From an uncultured Aliarcobacter sp. (GTDB taxonomy: Bacteria; Campylobacterota; Campylobacteria; Campylobacterales; Arcobacteraceae), in contig OY781945.1 of assembly GCA_963677435.1 (NCBI GenBank), positions 960,001 through 1,024,000 of the forward strand: a stretch of 64,000 nucleotides of DNA, given 5' to 3'. Positions 55,808 through 64,000 of this stretch are shown here, piece by piece. Under the pieces are notes generated by a model. The model was not told the origin of the DNA. It did no database searches and saw nothing but the letters and a program-made list of their open reading frames with translations. The position numbers and the translations under genes were made by a program. The stretch's first letter is position 1. Each line of letters starts with the position of its first letter.

Positions 55808-56395
55808 ATGCAAGAATATAATATTATTATACAACATGAGGATGATATAAAAGATGTAATTTTTGATGAATTTTTAGAAATAGTAACACACAAAAATTTA
55901 TCTGCAAAAATATTTACTATTCCTAATCAAGGTCCAATGGCAGGTATAGAATGGTTATTACCTACCGCAACTATAATATTACTAACAAAACCCTTTTTAG
56001 ATGGGTTTATGGGTGAAATGGGTAAAGATTCTTATACTTTAACAAAAAAAGGACTTAATAAATTATGGAAATACTTTTTTGCTAAAGGTGTTAAAAAAAG
56101 AATATTAATCACATCAAGTAATGCACCAAATAAAATAAAAAATAAATATTCATTTGATTTTTCTATTCTTTTTGAAACAAATGATGAAAAAAGAATCAAA
56201 TTATTAATTCCAAATGAAATTACACTAGAAGATTATGAAAAAACGATAAATGCATTTATAGATTTTATAAAGATTTATGAAAATCATAAAATAGATAGTC
56301 AATATATTTTTTCAAAAACAATTTTAATAACATATAATAAAGAATTAGATGAAATAGAATTTATTAATCCTATTCCTCAAAAAAATAAGATATAA
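55808..56395 (+). CDS. Hypothetical protein
   Basis: AGGAG RBS; 195 aa; one hydrophobic segment WLLPTATIILLTKPF. Confidence 0.75.
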   Translation: MQEYNIIIQHEDDIKDVIFDEFLEIVTHKNLSAKIFTIPNQGPMAGIEWLLPTATIILLTKPFLDGFMGEMGKDSYTLTKKGLNKLWKYFFAKGVKKRILITSSNAPNKIKNKYSFDFSILFETNDEKRIKLLIPNEITLEDYEKTINAFIDFIKIYENHKIDSQYIFSKTILITYNKELDEIEFINPIPQKNKI

Positions 56396-56420
56396 AAAGA
56401 ATTATCTTTTTATATCTTTT

Positions 56421-58409
56421 CTAAACCCTCTCAATCTTAACAGCACTATGATTATAATCAGGTTGCATTGAGTCTTTATCGTATAAATCGTGTGTTAGGT
56501 AGTTTATATCTCTATTACTTATTGGCATAAAAATTGTGTCTATTCTTATATCTTCTGTTAGAATTGCTTTTGATTCTATCTCTCCTCTAATTGATGAGAT
56601 TTTTATTGTATCTCCATCTTGGATTCCAAATTGTTTTGCATTTGTTGGGTGAATTTCGCAAAAATTTAGTTCTTTATATTTCAAAAGAGTTCTTGGAAGA
56701 TTTGTTTTTGTTCCTGTGTGCCATTGGTCTCTTGTTCTTCCTGTTAGTAGTGTCAAGGGATATTTTAGGTTTGTTTTTTCACTTAATAGTTTGTTTTCCA
56801 CAAAAAACAGATTTGCTCTTTTATCTTTTGTTAGAAACTCTCTATTTTCTCTGATTTTTTCTCCCCAAATAAATGGTTCCTTTGATAGATTATCATAAGA
56901 AGCTTCATAGATATTTAGGTGTGGATTTAGTTTTGTCATCTCTTGATACTCTTCAAAAATCTCTTTTGTTGAAGTAAAATTAAAGGCTTCTTTATATCCT
57001 AATCTTTGAGCTATAAGCTGAAAAATTTCCCAATCAGGAAGACAATCTATTGAAGTTCTTGTTAGTTTTTCTTGTTTTGTGATTGTTCGGTCAAGATTTG
57101 TTTGAGTTCCTTCTTTTTCTCCCCAAGGAGCAGCTGGAAGTCTGATATGGGCGAATTTTGCTGTTTCAGAATTTTCATAGGCATTTATCTCTACAACCAT
57201 TGGGATTTTTTTCATTAGCTCTTCCATCTTATTTCTATTTGGAAGATGATATATTGGGTCTGTGTGACAGATAATCAAAACATCAAGATTTGCTTCAAGC
57301 ATTTGAGTGGCAGTAAGTCCTGGGATATTTGAAACTTTTGAAGTTTTCCAAAATTCATTTACTTTTTTGATTGACTCTTTATCAAATCCCAAATGAACTG
57401 CAAGCATTGTTGAAAGTCCACCAACTTCCCTTCCTCCCATCGCATTTGGCTGACCAGTTAGTGAAAATGGGCCATTTCCTTTTGTGAATATTTTTCCAGT
57501 TAAAAGGTGAGTATTTATAATAGCAAGATTTTTATCAACACCTTGAGATGATTGATTTATTCCCATGGTCCATGCTGTTATGATGTTTTCATTTTCTTTG
57601 TACATTTGCCAAAATTCTTCAAATTCTTCGGCACTTAAACCTGTTCTTTTTAGCATTTTTGTAACGGGAACTCTTTTGAATTTGTTTTTTAATAGCTCAT
57701 AATTATTTACATTTTCTTCTACAAATTTTTCATCAACTAAACCTTCTTCAATAATTCTTTTTGAAACTAAATTCCAAAAATCAATATCACTTCCAACTTT
57801 TATAGGAAGATATAAATCAGCTATTTTTGCAGTATCAGTAAATCGTGGGTCAATTACGATGATTTTTAAACCTTGTTTTTTTGCAGTTTTGATTCTATTG
57901 TGAAAAACCACGTGGGCTTCTGCTGTATTTGCCCCAACTAAAATAAGTAAATTTGCATCATGTACATCATTCATACGAACTGGAACATAATCAGCTCCTA
58001 AAGATTTTTTATATGCAACAACAGCACTTGACATACAAGTTCGGCTGTTTGTGTCTACATTATTAGTTCCGATAAAACCTTTCATTAGTTTATTGGCAAT
58101 ATAATAATCTTCTGTTAAAAGCTGACCTGATAGATAAAATCCTACTTTTTCTTTTGGTGAAATTGCGATTTGTGTAGCGATTTTACTTATTGCATTGCTC
58201 CAAGTTGTTTCTTTAAATTCTTTAGTTAAATCATCTCTTGTTTTTGGTCTTAATAATCTTGAGGGCGTTTGAATACTGATTAATTCTGAAACTCCTTTTG
58301 AGCAAAGTTTCCCTTCATTTGTGGGATATACAACATCACCTATTAATTTATTTTCTTCAAATTCTAATCCACATCCAACACCACAATAACCGCATACTGA
58401 TTTAATCAT
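56421..58409 (-). CDS. Assimilatory nitrate reductase catalytic subunit (molybdopterin; NasA/NarB-like)
   Basis: CGYCGVGC...LCSKG, SGQLLTEDYY, NSRTCMSSA, LTGQPNAMGGRE, GRTRDQWHT; AGGA RBS before ATG 58409. Confidence 0.92.
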   Translation of the reverse strand: MIKSVCGYCGVGCGLEFEENKLIGDVVYPTNEGKLCSKGVSELISIQTPSRLLRPKTRDDLTKEFKETTWSNAISKIATQIAISPKEKVGFYLSGQLLTEDYYIANKLMKGFIGTNNVDTNSRTCMSSAVVAYKKSLGADYVPVRMNDVHDANLLILVGANTAEAHVVFHNRIKTAKKQGLKIIVIDPRFTDTAKIADLYLPIKVGSDIDFWNLVSKRIIEEGLVDEKFVEENVNNYELLKNKFKRVPVTKMLKRTGLSAEEFEEFWQMYKENENIITAWTMGINQSSQGVDKNLAIINTHLLTGKIFTKGNGPFSLTGQPNAMGGREVGGLSTMLAVHLGFDKESIKKVNEFWKTSKVSNIPGLTATQMLEANLDVLIICHTDPIYHLPNRNKMEELMKKIPMVVEINAYENSETAKFAHIRLPAAPWGEKEGTQTNLDRTITKQEKLTRTSIDCLPDWEIFQLIAQRLGYKEAFNFTSTKEIFEEYQEMTKLNPHLNIYEASYDNLSKEPFIWGEKIRENREFLTKDKRANLFFVENKLLSEKTNLKYPLTLLTGRTRDQWHTGTKTNLPRTLLKYKELNFCEIHPTNAKQFGIQDGDTIKISSIRGEIESKAILTEDIRIDTIFMPISNRDINYLTHDLYDKDSMQPDYNHSAVKIERV

Positions 58410-58485
58410 TTTTAATCCTGTCATAATATATCGTATAATTTATGAGTAAGTATACTGTAATATTTAATGTAAATTTAAGAAGTAT

Positions 58486-58502
58486 TGTCTTAAATATATA
58501 CA
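58486..58502. promoter_or_regulatory. Candidate regulator site upstream of the nitrate reductase gene
   Basis: TGTCTT-AAATA-TATACA, 31 nt upstream of the minus-strand -10 TATACT (58449-58454). Confidence 0.55.
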
Positions 58503-58661
58503 ATTATTTGAGATTTTTTGTTAATTAAACAAAATTAATAGAATTCAGTATGTAAAATATAAAATTGTAATTTAGAACAAATAATTTAATCATTCAAAAG
58601 TAAGTTAAATATATATTCATTTATGATATAACTATAACTTCAATAACCAAGAGGATAAAGA

Positions 58662-60659
58662 ATGGATGTTAATAAGTTAGAAGAGGCCAGTTCTTTTTGC
58701 AAAAAACATAATTTGCTTTATGTAGTAAAAAATAAAAAAGATAAAAATAATAATTTTGAATATTTTGAAAACATCTTTAATGAAGTTTTATTTTTAGACA
58801 ATGGTCTTGATGCATTTGAAGAATTTAATAAAAATAAATTTTCTATAATTATTACAGATATTGATATACCAGGACTTGATGGTTTTGAATTAATTGAAAA
58901 AATAAAAAATAAAAATAAAAATATTATAACAATTATATATTCTAGCAATGACAATAAAGAAAGCTTTTTAAAAACAATTCAACTTAGAATTGATGGTTAT
59001 TTGATTCCTCCTTTTAATGAAAAAAGCTTTTTAGAAATTTTATTCAGATCAGTAGACAAATCTAAAGAGAAAAAAAATAAAATAGAAAAAAAGAAACAAA
59101 ATTTAATAATTCAAAAACAATATACAGAGTTAGTGGACAAAAGTTCTATTATCTCAAAAACTGATAAAAGAGGAGTAATAACTTTTGTAAATGATAATTT
59201 TTGTAAAATTTCTGAATACACAAAAGAAGAATTAGTAGGAAAACCTCATAGTATTTTAAGACATCCTGATAATTCAAAGGAAATTTACAAAGATTTATGG
59301 AATACGATAAAAGAAAAAAAATCTGAATGGTCAGGTGTTATAAAAAATTTATCAAAAACTGGCAAAACTTATTATATAAAAACTACAATCAAACCAATTT
59401 TAGACTCTGATGGAAATATTCTTGAATATGTAAGTATTAGAAGTAATGTAAGTGCTATTATGAGTGATAAAAAACATTTAATAGATAAAATCGAGGCAAA
59501 TAATTTACTTTTATTAATATTGATTCAAATTGAAGATTTTGATATTCTTGATAGATTTTACAATATTTTAACAGTAGATAAAATTGAAAAAATGTTTGCA
59601 TTTAATATGTTGTCTTATTTACCAAACTCTTATATTTTTGAAGATATTTACAATATTGGAAATGGTAGATATGCACTTTTATCAGATTTTTTTGACTTTG
59701 CTTCTTCAGAAACAAATATAAATGAATATTTGGAAGTTTTTGTAAAAAATATTAAAAAATCAATTTTAATAGTTGATGAAATAGAGTATGACTTAAATAT
59801 AATAGTTAGTTACTCTTTTGGAAAAGAGCATTTATACGAAGATGCTAAATGTGGATTAGATGAAGCAATTGATAAAAAAATGTTGATTAAGTATGCAAAT
59901 GATTCATCTATTAAAGAACATATAGAAGCTAAAAAAAATATGGAAATTATCAAAATGGTAAAAATTGCCCTTGATAATTATAAAATAGTTTCTTATTTTC
60001 AACCAATAATTAATAACAAAACAAGATTAATAGAAAAATATGAGTCTTTAGTTAGACTTGTAGATGAAGAGGGGAATGTTTTATCTCCTTATCATTTTTT
60101 AGATATTTCAAAAAAAGGAAGTTATTACAATAAAATAACACATCGTGTTTTAGAAAATTCATTTAAAATTTTAGAACATATAACTACAAAAATTTCAATA
60201 AATCTTTCTTCTTTAGATATAGAAAAAGAAGAAACAAGAGCTAAACTTTTTTCACTTTTACAAGAATATAAAGAGCATGCTTCAAGAGTAGTTTTTGAAT
60301 TACTTGAAGATGAGGTTGTTAGAGATTTTGCTGTTATTAAAAGTTTTATTAAACAAGTAAAAAAACTTGGAGTTAAAATTGCAATTGATGATTTTGGTGC
60401 TGGATATTCAAATTTTGAGCGATTATTAGACTTTGAACCAGATATTTTAAAAATTGATGGAAGTTTAGTTCGAAATATTGTTAAAGATGCTTATAGCAAA
60501 AATGTTGTTGAAACAATAGTTACTTTTGCCAAAAAACAAAATATTATAACAATTGCTGAATATGTTGAAAATGAAGAAATTTTTAATATTTTAAATGAAA
60601 TGGGAGTTGATTACTCTCAAGGATATTATTTTGGAGAACCAAAAAATATATCTATTTAA
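58662..60659 (+). CDS. Degenerate REC + PAS + degenerate GGDEF + EAL protein
   Basis: IITDIDIPGLDG; NDNFCKISEYTKEELVGKPHSILRHP; YESLVRL, DDFGAGYS, QGYY. Confidence 0.88.
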   Translation: MDVNKLEEASSFCKKHNLLYVVKNKKDKNNNFEYFENIFNEVLFLDNGLDAFEEFNKNKFSIIITDIDIPGLDGFELIEKIKNKNKNIITIIYSSNDNKESFLKTIQLRIDGYLIPPFNEKSFLEILFRSVDKSKEKKNKIEKKKQNLIIQKQYTELVDKSSIISKTDKRGVITFVNDNFCKISEYTKEELVGKPHSILRHPDNSKEIYKDLWNTIKEKKSEWSGVIKNLSKTGKTYYIKTTIKPILDSDGNILEYVSIRSNVSAIMSDKKHLIDKIEANNLLLLILIQIEDFDILDRFYNILTVDKIEKMFAFNMLSYLPNSYIFEDIYNIGNGRYALLSDFFDFASSETNINEYLEVFVKNIKKSILIVDEIEYDLNIIVSYSFGKEHLYEDAKCGLDEAIDKKMLIKYANDSSIKEHIEAKKNMEIIKMVKIALDNYKIVSYFQPIINNKTRLIEKYESLVRLVDEEGNVLSPYHFLDISKKGSYYNKITHRVLENSFKILEHITTKISINLSSLDIEKEETRAKLFSLLQEYKEHASRVVFELLEDEVVRDFAVIKSFIKQVKKLGVKIAIDDFGAGYSNFERLLDFEPDILKIDGSLVRNIVKDAYSKNVVETIVTFAKKQNIITIAEYVENEEIFNILNEMGVDYSQGYYFGEPKNISI

Positions 60660-60669
60660 AACTATCTTT

Positions 60670-62298
60670 TTATGAAGATAGTTTTAAAAATAAAATGAAG
60701 TTTAAAACTAGTAAAAAATAAAATCCTACTTTATAGAATAACAAAGGATCTTTTTTTAGCAGAGGTGTTTTTTTCTCAAAAAATGGTTTTACTTTTTGTG
60801 GATATTCAAGCTCAAATCTCATATAAGAGTAGTTTGAATATCTTAGTTCTTCTTGTGTTGATATGGCTCTTAATATTACACTTTCAAGCCAAGCAGGAAT
60901 ATTATTATTTAATTTTTGAGGTTTTTTAGCAGTTCCAAAAGTAGGGTTTTGAAAGGGTTCAATTTCCCCATAGGGAAAAGTTCCTGTTAAAGATTCAAAG
61001 AGTGTAACTCCAATTGAAAAGATTTCTGTTTTTTCATTTATTGCATTTCCTGTAAATCTCTCTGGTGCTAAATATGAGGGAGTTCCTGCTTTATTTGTGA
61101 TTGAAAAAATCTCTGTAATTGAACCAAAATCAATTATTTTAAAAATTCTTTTCCCATCTCTTTGCAATACTATTATATTTTCAGGTTTAATATCCCCATG
61201 AACAAGGTTGAATTTTAATAAATATTCTTCCATGGCAATTAAAGTTTTAGCTAATAAGATAGCCTCATCAATTGATAAATTTCTTTTTTTTAAATATTGT
61301 TTTAGAGTGATTCCCTCTAATTTTGTCATCAGATAATATCTTGCAGTTCGATGTTTTGGGATAAAAGATTTAGGAAAAAAACCAGCTTTTAGTCTTTTTG
61401 CATTCCATGCTTCTTTTATGTATAAATCTAAGATTTCTTCATTTTCCATTGCTTCATATGGTGCAAATTTTATCACATATTCTTGATTATTTTTTTTACA
61501 AACCCAAGTTCTTTCATTTTGAATTAGAGAAAGTGTTAGTTCATAACCATCAATAATGTCACCTTTTTTTAGCTTTTCAGGAATTTCAAGGTTTAAATTT
61601 TTCATTAATTCAATGGGATCAGCTTCTAAAACTTCTAAAATAACAGCACTTGTATCATCGGGGAGATTATCTTTAACTAAAGAACTAGCATTTTTCACTA
61701 TTTGGTATGCACCATTTGGAATATTTTTTAATAAAGTATCATTACTCATTAATGAATACAAACCATCACTGCACATCAGAATTTTGTCATCTTTTTGGAT
61801 GTTATTTTCAAAATAAAATATCTCAACACTTTCACTAATTCCAACCGCATTGGATAAAATACTAACCATTCCCTCTTCATTATGGTCATGTGATAGCTGA
61901 GTTAATTTATTATCTCTTAGTAAATAAATTCTGCTATCACCTGCATTTGCACCATATAAACGATTTCCTTTTATAACACAAACAGTTAGTGTTGTTATAT
62001 ATTCAGCTCTTTCATATTCATGTATAGATTGGGCATAAAGAATAGAATTTATTGAAGTGATAAACTCTTTCATAGCTTTTTCAATACTCCAAACTTTTGG
62101 AATATTTTTAAAATTATTTATTATATGTTTAGTCACTTTTTTTGCAGCCATTGCACCTTCTTGGGCGCTTCCAACTCCATCACATAAAACAGCAATTGTC
62201 ATATCATCAAATTGTTTAATCTCATAAAAATCATCACCAGTTAGCTCTTTTCTTTTAGCAAGAGAAAAGCCTGAAGTTTTTATGTTGTTTTTACTCAT
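60670..62298 (-). CDS. Bifunctional PP2C phosphatase / Ser-Thr kinase
   Basis: LCDGVG, AGDSRIY, CSDGL, DDTS; HGDIKPEN, IDFG, GTPSYLAPE. Confidence 0.93.
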   Translation of the reverse strand: MSKNNIKTSGFSLAKRKELTGDDFYEIKQFDDMTIAVLCDGVGSAQEGAMAAKKVTKHIINNFKNIPKVWSIEKAMKEFITSINSILYAQSIHEYERAEYITTLTVCVIKGNRLYGANAGDSRIYLLRDNKLTQLSHDHNEEGMVSILSNAVGISESVEIFYFENNIQKDDKILMCSDGLYSLMSNDTLLKNIPNGAYQIVKNASSLVKDNLPDDTSAVILEVLEADPIELMKNLNLEIPEKLKKGDIIDGYELTLSLIQNERTWVCKKNNQEYVIKFAPYEAMENEEILDLYIKEAWNAKRLKAGFFPKSFIPKHRTARYYLMTKLEGITLKQYLKKRNLSIDEAILLAKTLIAMEEYLLKFNLVHGDIKPENIIVLQRDGKRIFKIIDFGSITEIFSITNKAGTPSYLAPERFTGNAINEKTEIFSIGVTLFESLTGTFPYGEIEPFQNPTFGTAKKPQKLNNNIPAWLESVILRAISTQEELRYSNYSYMRFELEYPQKVKPFFEKKTPLLKKDPLLFYKVGFYFLLVLNFILFLKLSS

Positions 62299-62378
62299 TT
62301 AAACACCTTAAAATATATATTCAAATTAAAATCTTATTCTAAAACTTTAATTTGAATATAAAAAGAGAAAATCTCTTT

Positions 62379-63659
62379 TTATATTCTACCACCAGCTTGA
62401 ACTCCCCAAGTAGTTCTCCATCTAGTTTTTACCAAAGAAATTCCTAAAATTGCAATAAATACAACTATCGCAAAAATCATAAATCCAGCAGTATAACCAT
62501 CAAATGCACCTTTTGACCAACCAAAAGTTTTGATTAATGCAGTTCCACCAAGACCACCTGCACATCCAATGATTCCTGTCATAATTCCAATATCTTTACC
62601 AAATCTTTGAGGAACTAATTGGAAAACTGCTCCATTTGCCATACCAAGATTTGCCATGATTAAAAACAGTACAAAAATGGCAATATAAAATGGAAGAGTG
62701 TAAATTGCACTAATTATAGCTAATAAACAAACCATTCCATAAAAGAAATATAATGATTTAATTCCACCTAATTTATCAGCAATTGCTCCACCAACTGGTC
62801 TTAAAACAGCTCCTGCAAAAATACATAAAGCTCCAAAATATCCAGCAATTACCATTACATTTGGCTCAGCTAAAAAATCAAGTCCAAAAGATGCCATTTC
62901 AGGTTTATATGTACTCATTAAATATACTTTCATGTATCCAGCAAACCCTACAAATCCACCAAAACTAATAGCATAAAATAAACAAAACCACCAAGTATCT
63001 TTGTCTTTTAAAAGTTTTCCATAATCTTTTAATTTTTTAGGATTTGATTTATAAACATCTTCTGGCGCATCTTTTGCCATAAACATATATGTCACTAAAA
63101 TAAAAGCAGATAAAACAGCACCAACTAAAAATACCGATTGCCATCCCCAAATCTCAGCGATTTTTGGAGCAAACAAAAAGTCAATAACAACACCAATATT
63201 TCCAGCTCCTGCAAGGCCTAAAACCACACCTTGAAGTTTAGGAGGATACCATTGTCCAGCTTGTGGAAGTGCAACTGCAAATGAAGCTCCTGCAAAACCT
63301 AAAACAAATGCCACCATTAATAACTCATTATAAGTGATGCTTTCACCTCTTATATAAGCAAAAAATAGACCAACTACAACTATTGTTTGTGAAATAAGTG
63401 CAGTTTTTTTAGCACCAATTCTATCAACAAAAAAACCTAACACAACTCTTAGAATTGCACCTGCTAAAATTGGAATTGCTAAAAGTGTAGCTTTTTGATC
63501 AGCACTCATAATAAAATTTTGAGTTAATTTTAATGATTCTGATATCTCAGTAGCTAATGGGCCAAGCATAGTCCAAACCATAAAACTAAAATCAAAATAC
63601 AAAAAAGCTGCTAACAATGTTGGCCAGTGACCTTGACCTTTTAATTCTTTTAAAGACAT
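62379..63659 (-). CDS. NarK/NasA-family nitrate/nitrite MFS transporter
   Basis: FLYFDFSFMVW, GFAGASFA, GAGNIG, RPVGG, GMANGAVFQLVP; AGGAG RBS before ATG 63659. Confidence 0.93.
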   Translation of the reverse strand: MSLKELKGQGHWPTLLAAFLYFDFSFMVWTMLGPLATEISESLKLTQNFIMSADQKATLLAIPILAGAILRVVLGFFVDRIGAKKTALISQTIVVVGLFFAYIRGESITYNELLMVAFVLGFAGASFAVALPQAGQWYPPKLQGVVLGLAGAGNIGVVIDFLFAPKIAEIWGWQSVFLVGAVLSAFILVTYMFMAKDAPEDVYKSNPKKLKDYGKLLKDKDTWWFCLFYAISFGGFVGFAGYMKVYLMSTYKPEMASFGLDFLAEPNVMVIAGYFGALCIFAGAVLRPVGGAIADKLGGIKSLYFFYGMVCLLAIISAIYTLPFYIAIFVLFLIMANLGMANGAVFQLVPQRFGKDIGIMTGIIGCAGGLGGTALIKTFGWSKGAFDGYTAGFMIFAIVVFIAILGISLVKTRWRTTWGVQAGGRI

Positions 63660-63725
63660 ATACATCTCCTAATTTAATTTATAGGGTAATTATAATCTTT
63701 AAAAAATATTAAATTTACTTTTTAA

Positions 63726-63742
63726 TGTATATAAAATATTCA
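63726..63742. promoter_or_regulatory. Candidate regulator site upstream of the nitrate transporter gene
   Basis: TGTATA-TAAAA-TATTCA, 31 nt upstream of the minus-strand -10 TATAAT (63689-63694). Confidence 0.65.
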
Positions 63743-63847
63743 ATTATTAAAATTTATGTTTTATAAAGTTTTTAACTGTTAAATGTTTATAAATATTAAA
63801 TTTATAGTTTTATATATAAATTAATTAATGTAAAATTAAGTTAAGAT

Positions 63848-63900
63848 TGTATGAAAAGTATACAATATTATTGTTAATAATTTTTTTTGTGTGTTATGAT
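63848..63900 (+). promoter_or_regulatory. Fourth copy of the palindrome plus an extended -10, for a divergent gene beyond the window
   Basis: TGTATG-AAAAG-TATACA (63848-63864), 30 nt, then TATGAT (63895-63900) preceded by TGn. Confidence 0.5.
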
Positions 63901-64000
63901 TCTATTTATAATATTTAGAATAAATATGTTTATAAATAATTAGAAATGATTAAAAATTTCCACTTGTATAAAAAATTTGCAGAAGAGAATAGTAAAAAAT

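Noticed and set aside
17724..62381. Recurrent AGAGAAAATCTCT-type palindromes (about 17730, 20525, 62364)
   Set aside because: They sit at gene 3' ends with differing arms; best explained as ordinary terminator hairpins rather than a REP/MITE family

Overview
A 64-kb AT-rich chromosomal window from an Arcobacteraceae (Campylobacterota) genome, assigned from the 16S sequence and gene content. In order it holds: the 3' end of gyrA, asd, hemE and a radical SAM gene; three tandem tRNA-Asn and an orphan ORF; a GlnRS-GatB/YqeY fusion; and a complete rRNA operon (16S, tRNA-Ile, tRNA-Ala, 23S, 5S) followed by an atypical tRNA-Thr. Next come an iron locus (feoAB, fur, fldA, DUF2325-like gene, Fur boxes), housekeeping and two-component genes, ccoG, a membrane GH17, proA, an MscS channel, tRNA-Leu, an MCP, atpE and an AsmA-like repeat protein. 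A Fur-boxed operon then encodes imelysin, a di-heme protein, a second imelysin, a sterol desaturase and a MauG-like enzyme. The window ends with a minus-strand nitrate assimilation cluster (transporter, PP2C-kinase, nitrate reductase, nirBD) interrupted by EAL/MCP signalling genes and a HipA toxin-antitoxin module. The most notable observations are: (1) the MauG-like enzyme without mau genes in that iron-regulated operon; (2) a 17-bp palindrome at identical spacing in three nitrate-assimilation promoters; (3) an unannotated 21-aa Cys-rich micropeptide heading a Fur-boxed operon that also contains a degenerate McrC-like protein; (4) a structured atpE leader; (5) a Cys-to-Ser Ogt homologue. No CRISPR array, IS element or integrase was seen. 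All family calls come from motif recognition by eye, not database searches.
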